Assembly: GCF_001194135.2 (NCBI RefSeq)
Contig: NC_068990.1
Span: 15,650,221-15,714,220, forward strand
Reading direction: 5' to 3'
Length of the DNA stretch: 64,000 nucleotides
Source: Octopus bimaculoides
Taxonomy: Eukaryota
Numbering within the stretch: position 1 is the stretch's first letter; each line of letters begins with the position of its first letter. Below, one piece after another: positions 12,883 through 24,112 of this stretch. The notes beneath the pieces were generated by a model. The model did no database searches. It saw only the letters and a program-made list of their open reading frames with translations, and was not told the origin of the DNA. Made by a program: the position numbers and the translations under genes.

Positions 12883-15800
12883 ACCACTAATACCAAGTTG
12901 TAACCGTTTCAATAATATATATATATCATCATCACTTAATATCTATTTGCCATGCTGGTGATTTGACAGCATCTGGCCAGTCAGAAAGCTGAACCAGGCT
13001 CCAATTGTCTGTTTTTGCATGGTTTCTATGGCTACAGGCCCTTCCTAATGCCAACTACTTTACACAACACACTTATATAGGACATATTGTCCTATATTGT
13101 CCCTGATTGTCTATGACAATAAAAAAGAACATGATTGCAGTCAGATCATACTTTTGCATTGTAATTGACATTAGGATAAAAAACAACAATTATTGGCTGC
13201 AAACCTGGCTATTGCCACCCATGATGCAGAGAAGCAGAAGATAAATACGGGAGCCTGACCAGCAGCTATCAGTTTGTGCCAGTTGCCATTGATACTTCAG
13301 GTGTTCGTGGACCCCACACTGATTTCCTTCACAAAATTGGGATGACTGCAACCTGTCTGAGAAATGAGCTCCACAAAGTGAGGTGGCTGTTGCAGCGAGT
13401 GTTGCTGGCCAATTTTCTGCAGCAATGCCTTTGCAATCTTGTCTGAAAGGCATGGTTGAACATGCTATTTGTGCCAGGGTGTACAACCTATTAATCCCTC
13501 CACCCCCATCTTCTGCTGCTTAATCCCTACAACCTTTTTTCTTTTCCTTTGTTTCCTTGGTGAAGTACTTATGGTGTGTTTGTTCTTGATAATTTGTCTT
13601 TCTTTTCTTCCTGTAAAAATCTGTTGACATTAAACAAATACACCAGACTATATACACAGTAAGTCCGTTAACAAATGACAAATTGAAGAGAAGTCATTAC
13701 AAGACACTAACCTCTTCAGGCACTCCTTAAGTTCTGGAATAGCACGAAGACATTGTAATGTGGCGTTCATATAACAAGTGTTACCAAGATTTGATAATCC
13801 TGGAGGAAGTTCCAGCTGGAAATGAAGAGAAAAAGAACAAGTTAGGTATGAAGAGCTACAAAAGATTTTTATGGAAATGAAAAAATTATGAAACATTTTT
13901 GAGAAACAATCAGAAGAGGTTTTCCGTAATCGTTCATGAATCACTGATTATATGCAATTTACATTAAACAAAAATTCTCTGTTTAGTGTAAAATTGTACA
14001 AAGTATATATACAGATTATCATTTTATCCTTTGTTTCTCTGTGATGGTAACAGTAAGTCAATCAGCCTGCTGGCAATCAATATTGTTTGTGTTAAATAAC
14101 CAATGCTACAAAGAAGAGTTATTACACTTTGGCAAGTATCAGGATATCACTTTCCAAATGGGACGATGATAGTCAGAAGGTATTCTTGTAATATCAGTCC
14201 TGTTGTCGGATTCCAGTGGTGAAATTATGAAATATGCAGAAGGAAAGACAATAAGAAACTCTTTGGATTTTCTCCAACCACTACCAAATCATTCTTCATC
14301 CTTTTTTTTTTTTTTAACTCATTGCATTGATGATATGCAATTAAATCACACCAAAGATCAGTCAAATTCTTTTGGATTTCTGCCTCAACTTGAATGGACA
14401 ACACTTCAGATGAATTCTAAATCCAATCTGGAATATTGTGGTTAAAAAGATGATTAACCCTTTTAACATTCAGATTGCTTTGTCAAATATAATGCTTATT
14501 TATTCACATTGTTTTGAATTAATTAAGCATTATTTTGTAGCTTTGAGATTTCTATGACACAATCGTTTATTTTTAGAATGATTATGCAGGGTAGGTGTAG
14601 ACATCTTGGCTTTTACAATGAAAAAGATGGTTAGTTTTGAGGAACCACAATGGGTAACAACACACCGTAAGACCAAGTCCAACCAATGCCAATTTGGAAA
14701 AACAAACATAAAATGATAAAGATGATATAACACCAAAAGGAGCTGATATATTTAGACACAATAAAGAAACTGAAATAGGGTTTAACTTACTGCTGTAGCC
14801 AGTTCCTGTTCATTCATGTCTTCAAGAAATACGGTCTTCTCTGTTGGTTCAGCAGGCAAGGCATCAGCAGACCCCATCATCAAAAACGTAATCCCCTGAA
14901 GTGGAGACAAGATTATGAAACAGGGTTACATGGAAGGTTTGTTAGTATTAATTAGTTCAGTTCTAATTATGCAGCCTGAAAAAAAAGAAGCAACTAATCC
15001 CACAATCAATGTTGAATGAACAAATTTGTCAGACACAGCCAAAGATGTTTAGTCCCGAGACTAATCACAAAAAACTGAATATTGGTTATGGCCATGCTGT
15101 TATCTTCCTGATGACAGCAATAAAAAGAAATCTACTCGAAATATTCAGAAGACAAACATTAACCCTTCTGATACCAACTCACCTGTGGATCAATGATACA
15201 ACTTCTTTATCTCTCACTGTTCGTTGTGTTCTTTTAATCATTGCCGGCCCCCAAACCTTATATGTGCACTCTTTCTGCACCTCTTATATTAACTCTACTT
15301 GATTTCTCTTTTACTTTCTCCTCTCTCTAAACACAACGTAAAGCACAAGTGGAGAAATCAATCAACATTTATGTCAGCTGTTATTGTATATATCAGATAT
15401 GAGGCATTCACATCTAGATCTTGCATGTGAATTTAGTTTTCATTTCAAGAAGTTTCTCACTACAGGTAAATATTAGAGATATAATGTAGAAAAGGTGTAG
15501 GTAGAAACTCCGTAAGATGTACCCGGTGTAAGCTATGGACACATAAGAGGTGCAGCATTATCAGAGGAAGGTTAACTGGGAAGATAGTTTTTGTGTGTGG
15601 CAAATGCACAGGGGGCAATAAACACCGAAGATGTACAGAAAACAGATTCTATCACATGCCAGGGGAAGAAACTAGAAGTAGTTGATACCTAGGTGACCAA
15701 GTCTGTAGTGTGGGTGGATGCTCAGAGAATAGCCACTAGAATAAGAATAGCCTGGGCAAAGTTTAGAAAGCTGCTACTTCTGCTGGTAACAAAGGGCCTC

Positions 15801-17551
15801 TCGCTCAGAGTGAAAGGTAGACTGTATAACACATGTGTGCGAACAGCCATGCTACACAGCAGTGAAACATGGGCCATGACAGTTGAGGACATACATAGGC
15901 TTGAAAGAAATGAAGCTAGCATGCTTTGCTGGATGTGTAATGTCAGTGTGCATGTACGACAGAGGGTAAGTGTCTTGAGAGAAAAGTTAGGCATAAGAGG
16001 CATCAGATGTGGTGAGCAAGAGAGACAACTGCAGTGGTATAGTCATGTGATGAGTATGGATGAGGAGGGCTGTGTGAAGAAGTATCACACTATAACAGTG
16101 GAAGGAAGCCGTAGAAGAGGGAGACCCAGGAAGGAATGGGATGAGGTGGTGAAGCACGACCTTCAAACATTGGGCATCACAGAAGCAATGACAAGTGACC
16201 AAGACCTTTGAAGATATGATGTGAATGAGAAGACCCAACAAGTGAGATCACAGTGTCGCATAACCAGCCCATTTAAAAGTACCCTTGAATCGTCAGGTGA
16301 CACGTTGTGCTTGAGAAGGCCTGTTGAGTCAAGTGAAATTGAATTGTGGCCAATGACCAGGCAAGTAAAGTGAGATCACAACCGTGGCCCAATACCAGTG
16401 TCACATAGCCAGCCCATTTAAAAATACCTTTGAATTGTCAGGCAATATGCTGTGCTTGAGAAGACCTATTGAGTCAAGGAAAATTGAAATCAAAACGGAA
16501 ATCGTAGTTGTGGCCAACGCTAGTGTCACCTGACTGGCACCCGTGTTGATGGCATGTAATAAGCACCATTCAAGTGTGGGTCGATGACAGTGTCGCCCGA
16601 CTGGCTCCCTGTGCCGGTGGCACGTAAAAAGCAGCATTCGAATGTGGTCGATGCCAGTGTTCCCCCAACCCCGACTTGCTCTTGTGCTGGTGACATGTAA
16701 AAAGCACCATCCGAATGTGGTCAATGCCAGTGCCACCTGACTGGCTCCCGTGCTGGTGGCATGTAAAAAGCACCCACTACACTCTCAGAGTGGTTGGTGT
16801 TAGAAAGGGCATTCAGCTGTAGAAACACTGCCAGATCAGGTTGGAGCTTGGTGCAGCCTACTGGCTTGCCAGTCCTCAGTCAAACCATCCAACCCATGCC
16901 AGCATGGAAAACGGGCATTAAACGATGATGATGATGAATGCCAGAAAAATTAAATTTCAGAAGCATACTTGCCAGGCAAGTGATCTAATCTGTATGTTGA
17001 TTGTAAAGCAATTATAATGTAAAGTAAAACCATCAGTGACTAGATTGCAGTTGGTGTGAAGATAATTTTGACACCAAATCAGATGAATGTTTAAGCTAAG
17101 TGAAGTTAATGTTTTTGAATGGCTAAAGGCTTTTCAATTATAATATTCATAATTCTTATAATCATCTTTTTATATTTATTTTTAAAATTAAATGACCAAA
17201 ATAAGTCCAACTTACATCTTTCAGTTTCACATTTCCCCAGTCTTCATCCTGGAGTAAAAAAAAAAAAATTGAAAAAATTCACAGCATTAAAAAAAAATGT
17301 TTAGGAAACAATAGTGCTTTTAAGAAATCAGTCAATCTCCTTAATGTAAAATCTTGCTCAACAAACCAACAAACTCCAATTTTACTTTAGAAAGGGGAAC
17401 CACAAGTATCAGGTTCTAAATCTTTAGAGTAGAACCCACAATAAAGATATGATAGCAATGGTGCCTTCAGTGTTCCTTTCAATCAGTTTAGCTATTTTTT
17501 GCCTTAGGTTTGATTAAACAGAACTGATTAGAACTATTAAGTTACACTGTC

Positions 17552-17587
<36 letters not shown>

Positions 17588-19712
17588 CTAAGGGAAACAT
17601 CACCCTCCAAGGAGCTTTTCTATACTTGCAGTGTGGCAGATTTTCTACAACTGTATGCTCTTCCTGTCACAGTGATCACTTGGTCACTGCAGTAGGCTAA
17701 AATATACCACAAAAACTTATAATTAGTAAAGACAGTCATTCTCATTAAGGAAATAAGAAAGACTTTTCATGACATTTACCAACATAACTCCATGTGATAT
17801 CTTCAGCCATTATCAATATTTGGTACATAAATTGAGAAGCCATTACACAGAGTAAACTGAAATAACTTCCCATAGAGTCTGATAGCTCACTATTTAGTTA
17901 GATTTGTCTGCCTTTTTATATATCATTGGCAAAAAAGTTCAAGGACATTCTATAAACCATTTGGTGAGATTTCAAGCTCACCAGTCAATCTGATTGGTTG
18001 AGCGACAATCGTGAACTTAATGCCTTTTATGGCAGCCATGGTTTGACGCTGGGAAATATGTGATAGATCAAAACACAGGCTCATCTTGTTACAATCTTAA
18101 CCACTCAGCTATACTAAGCTTTCAGTATTTCAGTTTTACAAATCAGAAATAATGTCTTGTTTTGTTTTCAAGAAAAAGGAGGAAAAAGTAAACAGCCAAA
18201 ACAGAAACAGTCAGTAATAGACTCAGATGTATGTAGAGAGACAAACCTTGAGGATAACTCCTTTTGTTAGTACTTTCTGCCGACTTGGTTGTACACCGGT
18301 GAGGGCAAACAGCTGAGCTTTGAACTGGATAGGGGTCTCATCAGCATCACATTCAATGTCATTGAATTTTTCCTTTCCCCATTTCACATGAACTGGAAAC
18401 AAAAACAACAATACAAATTATTATAATCCATAATTTTCTAAAACACAAATAACAAACAAATATGTAAGATTCCAAATGACATTTACAAGGAAATACAACA
18501 TAAGAATAAGTTTTACATATTCTTATCTTGCTGTAGATTTTTTTCCTTTTTTTTTTTTCTTACCTGACTTAAGTGAAATTAGAAAAACTGAAATGACTCA
18601 AGTCAATGAGGAACACAGTATTGTCATTAACAAATCTACAAGAAACAGCAACTAAATCTCCCTTAAATCACACCCGACATTACATGATGTAGTTTTAAAA
18701 AAACAGTATCTGAAAAAAGACTGGTCATGGCTGGCCTGGGGCTAAATAACAGACACATGTCTCTAGTGTGCTCCTTTTATCAATAAAAACTACTACTTCC
18801 CAACTACATGGCTTCAGGTTCCATCTCACTGCATGGCAACTTAGGCAAGTGTCTTCTACTATAGGTATGGGTTCAACTCCCAACACATTTTTTCCCCATC
18901 AGGGGGTTTATATTCCCTAATATTAGACTATTTTCTGTAGTCAATATATGGTGAAAGCTTATAATTAGATTTACAAAAATTTTCACTTATCACTGTTTCT
19001 TAACTAACACACAATATACAGTGGTCCTCAAAATTATTCATACCCCATGGAAACTAACATCTTTTATTTTTTTAGATTCTTCATTTGTAAAAGCTGTCAT
19101 GTTGGTACTTCCTGTGAATCTTTTGTCAACTTGCTGCTATGCACAAATCCCCATATGAGTTGGCTAAACTTCACTTGCATAATAATAGATATGGCCTAAA
19201 GTTCTTTTTTGCACATATTCAGAATTAGTCACACCCCAGTTTTCACTTCCTGTGAATACGCTAATCTTTGTCCTATTTCCAGAAGAGTATAAATAGAGTA
19301 TGAATAAAGGAAAAGTGTTCTGGTCATACTCAGTTTCTGATCATCATGGCCAAGAAGAAGGAGCTCAGTGAGGACCTATGTCAACGTTTTGTGCAGTGAA
19401 GGAAAGGGTTACAAAGCCATTTCAAAGCAGTATGATGTGGCAACTGTCCAGAGCATAAACAACAAGCACAAGAGATTCAACAGTTAAAAACCTCAGTGGG
19501 TGTGGCAGGAAGCATTGAGCGAATCTTGCACAGAGGAGGTCTCCACGAATGTAGGCCTTGGAAGACGCCACTGCTCAGGAAGAAACATCTGGAGGCTTGC
19601 CTGACCACTTCAGACTACATCATCCAACATGTCCTTTAAGGCAATAGAGAGTGAGATGAAATTTGGCTGCTGTTTCTAGCAGGTCGAGCAACAACATACA
19701 GGCGCTTCGTTG

Positions 19713-19775
<63 letters not shown>

Positions 19776-20577
19776 CTAAATAACAAATCGATCGATAACA
19801 TCAGTAACTTTGAGATGAGTAAGGCCGACTCCCTAATTCAATAAAATCTTGCTTTTACTCATTCCAACATCAAACGGGTGGTTATCAGTGCACACCCCAC
19901 CAAAACGGAAAACGATCAGACCCCCCAGCTCATCGGTCAAACTGGTTGACAGTGTGTGTATGGGATATTTGTTTGGACAGCTACGACTAACCAGAGAGAA
20001 CAACGGATTATTGATTTCTTATATAACAACTACGAAGATGCAGAATTATAGAGAAGGGGTTGACGGTGGAACAAGTAGCTTCTGTGATACTCATGCCTTT
20101 CTCGATAAATCTAGTAACATCTCGAAACATACCTACACAAATCACCGCCTGTCGACTTTGTTTCTTCATACCGTTCAGGAAAATATTTCCTAATGAAATC
20201 GTCTACAAATACCTATCAAATGAAGTAGGTTACGACTATATAGAAATTTAATGTGAAAAAGAAATTGGTGGGCGAGCACACATTACATTTTTTTTTTTTT
20301 AAATTTCCAGTATCAATTTGTAGATAAGTGATGTATGTCAGCATATATGTGTACGCACCCACCATTTTTTTTTTTTTTTTTGTCATTAAATCCTGATAAC
20401 GAAATTTACACCATCTGAAAGGTATTTGTAGAAAACTTCATTTTAAAATGTTCATTTTTCTGAAAGCTATGAGGAAACAAAGTCGATGGGGAAAAGTACA
20501 CTTGTGTAGTTATGCCCAATTCGAAATGAATTCAAACTGATTTCGCTCGAAAATTGTAAGAGTCAGTCAATCTCTCG

Positions 20578-20619
<42 letters not shown>

Positions 20620-22362
20620 CCACACACAAAGGACTATTCATTCCCGCTCAACCCTACTGTGCATGCACTATGACATGGTTTCATACTTTTAAGACAAACA
20701 AATTTCGCATCAACAAAACTTATACATAAACTAATAGGGAACGTGGTACAAACATAAACGTTAAGAGTTCAATTCTTTTCGGGATAACTTGCATTCCGTC
20801 CTTTTGAAAATGCAAAAAAAAAAATTAATAAAAATAAAAACAAAGGTTCCTGCAATCTACGGATCTCACCATACACCACTTCACTAATAACATGTCTTAC
20901 GCAGCATAAAGTACACAAACATACATCTTCATAAATAACCGGAACCTCATGGTTCCTTGTCGAGAATCCTATGCTGAAATAGTCGTACCTCCTGTTCAGA
21001 TAACAACCATATCGCAAAACCTTAAACAAGTCTACCTTTTGGTATAAAGGAAATATATTTAGGTTTGCTTTTCTTTTGTCATGTTCTTTTAATCGACGAT
21101 GAAGGATTTTTCTAAAAGCCGACACATTTGTAATGAGTTCTTGCAGTTATATGAAGGTAATTTCCAATTCAATGGCCGAGTACTCTCGTTTTATAGCCTC
21201 TGTGTGTGTGTGTGTAAAATCATTGAAAAAAAATGCTTCCCCTCCTTTAGATGTTCACATAATTGTAATCAATACCCTTGAAAAAGTATCTGCAAAATTT
21301 CATTTAAGAATATGTACTTCTCAGAAAGTTACAAGGAAACTAAGTCATTGGGAGCACTGAACTGTAGGCATGCCCTTAATCAAAGGGATATACGCTAGCC
21401 AGATTGCAAAATGTTGAACGATATCTACACAAACTAGAATCTGTTACTAGAAAAAGCTGTCCAATCGAAGATAATTTATCGGTTCAAAGATGGACTCTAT
21501 AGACATAGATTAAGGATATCCTCACTTTCGAGACCCTAAATTCTAAAGACTGTGCTTTTACTCATGTAGATATGTGTGCGTGAAAAAATGAAATTTTTTT
21601 TCATTCATCTCATATTTGTATAAACTAGTTTATCTATGTATCGCTATCTTAATATAAGCATGTGTAAGTGCGATTCTGAATTTAAATGGGTAAAGAAGAA
21701 CGACTCGAAACTTCAAACATTCTTTTTTTTTTTCAAATTACATCAACACACTTATGATCTATATCCCCGAAAATACTGTTCTGCAAAATTTTATTCAAAA
21801 ACAAGTTTTTTCGGAAAGTTACGAGGCAACAAAGTCGATGGGGCACCAATCTATAGTTATATATACACACACTCACTCCAACACTATTTACAATGGAATA
21901 AATGACCAAAATAAATATAATTCACAGAGAAGCCATGAGTAAACGTGTTACACATTTTTTAAAAAGAATTTGTCCTTAAAACGATAAATGGTGTTCGTTT
22001 AAATAACGAGGGAAGAAAACATCAAAGATGGTAGGAGATGAAATGGTGAGTCGGAAGAGGTCCAAGGAGGGGAGAAAACGGTTACAGGAGCCAACTGTGA
22101 ATTGAACAAGACTAATAAAACAATGATTTCGGCATCACAACTTCCCAGGACAAACATATGGAGAAATATTTAAGAAAAATAGATAAGTTTTTAAATAATA
22201 AAGTCGGTTAGTGTGTGTGTGTGTATGCACATATATATGAACGTATACAAATAAGTACATATATACACAGATACTTATGCCAACATCCGTATGTAAACGT
22301 AGTATATGAATGTATATAAACATACATTCATATAGACATATATACAGGTATGGGTGTGTATG

Positions 22363-22396
<34 letters not shown>

Positions 22397-22407
22397 CACA
22401 CATACAC

Positions 22408-22464
<57 letters not shown>

Positions 22465-22799
22465 AATATATGTATATATACACATATATACCTATACATG
22501 TATTTACGTGTACACTATGGAATCCGGACGTTGAATGATAATACATTACATATAATATATACATACATTATAAAATATAAATTCTATGTACACACACAGA
22601 CACACACACTGTTGTTAAATGAAATTGCGGGACAAACACGGAGCAGACATAAAACGATTATAAGGTTAAGAGATGGACTTTCTCTGGTAATTTATTCACA
22701 GGTGTAACCTTTTACGCTAAGAATATAGTGCAGAGAATGAATGACCAGCTACACAACGATAATATGAAGTATATATATGTTACCTTTGTAGGTCGGCAT
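802..22799 (-). CDS. USP14: Ubiquitin carboxyl-terminal hydrolase 14, gene span, 3'-partial; join of 22799-22784,18392-18247,17248-17216,14895-14791,13815-13712,11795-11749,11129-10999,9143-9063,6959-6886,4569-4487,2677-2646,867-802 (918 nt, 306 codons)
   Basis: The spliced translation starts [15 protein letters not shown] (UBL domain), contains the Cys box [17 protein letters not shown] and QQDANECW, and has GT-AG at all junctions with consistent phase. His-box exons lie left of the window. Confidence 0.96.
1152..1375. mobile_element. TTAA-flanked piggyBac-like MITE, family 2
   Basis: Ends ..CCCTT(T)..GATAC / GTAACAAAAGGG-TTAA. Other copies at about 3465-4249 (interrupted), 34325-34456, 38135-38333, 38420-38630, 40984-41219, 41372-41584, 43140-43365, 52560-52750, 62567-62787 and 63255-63570. 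Confidence 0.75.
2646..2677 (-). CDS. USP14: USP14 exon 11
   Basis: tttttgcag|32 nt|gtaagt; [11 protein letters not shown]. Confidence 0.9.
3574..4098. mobile_element. Fold-back element with ~160-bp inverted arms
   Basis: 3574-~3735 is the reverse complement of ~3937-4098 at visibly high but imperfect identity; sits inside a family-2 MITE. Confidence 0.85.
4487..4569 (-). CDS. USP14: USP14 exon 10
   Basis: atactag|83 nt|gttagt; [27 protein letters not shown]. Confidence 0.93.
4909..5175 (-). mobile_element. RTE 3'-end copy (young subfamily)
   Basis: (CAT)n tail then gtttaacgtccgctttcc..., CpGs retained. Related tails occur at about 1400-1580(+), 12430-12580(-), 24731-25050(-), 28851-29240(-), 31741-31920(-), 35180-35560(-), 39990-40190(-), 44880-45070(-), 51120-51375(+) and 52005-52487(+). 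Confidence 0.88.
6358..6751. mobile_element. hAT MITE with an 8-bp target-site duplication
   Basis: TIRs CAGTGGTTCTCAACC / GGTTGAGAATCACTG; flanks tgctacag (6350-6357) and tgctatag (6752-6759). Confidence 0.85.
6886..6959 (-). CDS. USP14: USP14 exon 9
   Basis: tttccag|74 nt|gtatcc; [24 protein letters not shown]. Confidence 0.9.
9063..9143 (-). CDS. USP14: USP14 exon 8
   Basis: ctctag|81 nt|gtaat; [27 protein letters not shown]. Confidence 0.95.
9787..10440 (-). mobile_element. Mariner transposon 5' half, decayed
   Basis: TA+CAAGGGGGTACCCAGAAATAAC terminus at 10440. The minus strand reads, with stops and frameshifts, [60 protein letters not shown] (WVPHEL-like motif and first catalytic Asp). 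Confidence 0.88.
10561..10726. repeat. 166-bp spacer-less palindrome
   Basis: 83-bp arms centred on aca|tgt (10643/10644); one mismatch (aatgcc vs aacgcc). Confidence 0.97.
10999..11129 (-). CDS. USP14: USP14 exon 7
   Basis: ttcaaag|131 nt|gttagt; [44 protein letters not shown]. Confidence 0.95.
11749..11795 (-). CDS. USP14: USP14 exon 6 (candidate, divergent)
   Basis: ttttctttcttttag|47 nt|gtattt; phase 2-to-1 bridges exons 5 and 7; (S)[15 protein letters not shown]; GC-rich island in an AT-rich intron. Confidence 0.75.
13195..13460 (+). mobile_element. CRE/R2-type (restriction-like endonuclease) non-LTR retrotransposon C-terminal remnant
   Basis: With two frameshifts: [55 protein letters not shown], resembling the AE..K..KY..L..Y.F.P.A.ET.G..G..FL.QR.S.A.QRGNA..I pattern. 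Confidence 0.7.
13712..13815 (-). CDS. USP14: USP14 exon 5 (catalytic Cys box)
   Basis: ttccag|104 nt|gttagt; [34 protein letters not shown]. Confidence 0.97.
14150..14442 (-). mobile_element. hAT (Buster/Charlie-like) transposase C-terminal remnant
   Basis: Minus-strand fragments [20 protein letters not shown] and DNRTDIT resemble the hAT dimerisation region (IPDWV.NPF, KFLIAFPSSYL, RNRLDI). Confidence 0.6.
14791..14895 (-). CDS. USP14: USP14 exon 4
   Basis: ttcag|105 nt|gtaagt; [35 protein letters not shown]. Confidence 0.96.
15485..16937 (+). mobile_element. 5'-truncated RTE-clade LINE (decayed ORF2 C-terminus plus 3' UTR with (ATG)n tail)
   Basis: ORF 15693-16211 has RT C-terminal motifs ([42 protein letters not shown]), followed by a tandemly repeated 3' UTR ending aacgatgatgatgatg. 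Confidence 0.92.
17216..17248 (-). CDS. USP14: USP14 exon 3
   Basis: ctccag|33 nt|gtaagt; [11 protein letters not shown]. Confidence 0.93.
18247..18392 (-). CDS. USP14: USP14 exon 2 (UBL domain)
   Basis: tttccag|..|gtttgt; [49 protein letters not shown]. Confidence 0.96.
19017..19620 (+). mobile_element. Tc1-like transposon 5' part, internally deleted
   Basis: TA+CAGTGGTCCTCAAAATTATTCATACCCC terminus. From ATG 19346: [32 protein letters not shown], then [17 protein letters not shown] (Tc1 paired-like HTH N-terminus). Confidence 0.82.
19715..19772. repeat. (TG)n microsatellite
   Basis: Perfect TG tract. Confidence 0.97.
22255..22500. repeat. Compound (TA)/(CA) microsatellite
   Basis: Direct reading. 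Other tracts: (TA)n 5178-5212, 11501-11537, 17555-17584, 20578-20612; (CA)n 7590-7633; (ATT)n 56688-56713. Confidence 0.95.
22784..22799 (-). CDS. USP14: USP14 coding exon 1
   Basis: gggacaATGCCGACCTACAAAG|gtaac = MPTYK+G; joins exon 2 to give MPTYKVHVKW. Confidence 0.85.
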
Positions 22800-22829
22800 T
22801 GTCCCTTAATAAAACAAGTCACCCAACTT

Positions 22830-22900
22830 GAATGCGGGCGCGCGCACAAGAAATATGAACACCAAGTTTGGCGCATGCGTAGTAGCATTACATTATAGCG
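22830..22900 (-). promoter_or_regulatory. CpG-rich USP14 promoter/5' region with an NRF1-type motif
   Basis: GCGCATGCG at 22871-22879 and GCGGGCGCGCGC near 22834-22845, about 40-80 nt upstream of the ATG. Confidence 0.5.
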
Positions 22901-23120
22901 AAAATATGTCATGGATTTATTAACGAAACGTAAACTGATGTTGAGGGTAAAATATTTGATGGGTTCGTTNNNNNNNNNNNNNNNNNNNNGGGGGGGGGGG
23001 GCGTGATGATAGAAGTGGGTATTGTTCTGTTTTCGTTTCAGTCACGTTTTAAGGGTGCTTTACGGAGTATTAGGTAATCTTTCGGTTTATGATCACGAAG
23101 TGAAAGAGGAAAATTGGCAT

Positions 23121-23230
23121 TGAAATTTTGAAAAAATTATTTAAATTTTGGAAAACAAATGAAATTATTTTTTAAAAATTGAAATTTTGGAAAACAAATG
23201 AAATTTTGAAAAAAAATGCAATTTTGAAGA
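23121..23230. repeat. AT-rich minisatellite
   Basis: Repeated aaattttggaaaacaaatgaaatt units. Confidence 0.7.
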
Positions 23231-24075
23231 ATATCTTCAGTACCAAAGTATCCATATTTTTAAACTGGAATGCCCAGGAAAAAAAAAATTTTATTAAAAA
23301 GAAAAAACTGAGATGGGAAAGAGATTAGATTTATTTTTTTTACTTTTGTGAAAGCATAATCTTTACTTATGGAAACATAAGAATCCAAAGACATTCATCA
23401 AAAAATTGAGGTGGAGCGTCTATTTAACATGTTCACCTGGATATCACTAAAAATATCAATATTTTCCATTATTAGCAACAGAAGCAGTATTATTAGCAAA
23501 AGATAATCTTTATATCTAACTTAACATGGATGCCTTGTTAGAACACCGAATACTGCATTGATTAGCCATGAGAGATCCTCTCATATAGGTGCTTTGTTCA
23601 TTAAAGCTCACACATAGATCATAGCAGACGAGAATCTTCTGTCATGGGCACCAAAATTCTTGTATCATGTGATTTCATTCAATTTGAAATCATCAGTGGG
23701 AGGCGTCTGTCATTGCATGCCAGTCAAATCTCGCTGCTATGGTATATAGAATATTGGCATCTTTTCAGGCACTGATGTCACAATATTTTCATTTCCAGTT
23801 AGTGATCAGAGACTGAAAGCACACTGAATGTTAAAATCAATGCTACTACTTGACTCATAATTTATTTTATCTTTTCTTTTGCTTATTGGACCATACTGGA
23901 GCACGGTCTTGGAGAATTTTTTAGTTGAATGAATCAACCACAGAACTTATTTTTCTTTAAACCTGGCACTCATTCTATCGCTTTCTTTTTCCAAACCACT
24001 AAACACTGGGGATGTAAACACACCAGAACAGGTTGTCAAGTCGTGGTGGCGGATAAACACAGCCACAAACATGCG

Positions 24076-24112
<37 letters not shown>

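Noticed and set aside
12422-13090. Identical ~175-nt segments on both sides of the 12597-12850 gap
   Set aside because: Exact duplication around an N-run beside a (TA)n tract is a typical scaffolding artefact
16510-16790. Regular ~68-nt repeats with hairpins, superficially CRISPR-like
   Set aside because: Eukaryotic LINE 3' UTR; no unique spacers and no cas genes
22135-22707. Many YI/CV/HT-rich ORFs (also near 7305, 10363, 25628 and 45132) and X-filled ORFs
   Set aside because: Translations of microsatellites or gaps
23003-23009. C-box-like GTGATGA (possible C/D snoRNA)
   Set aside because: No suitably placed CTGA D box or terminal stem
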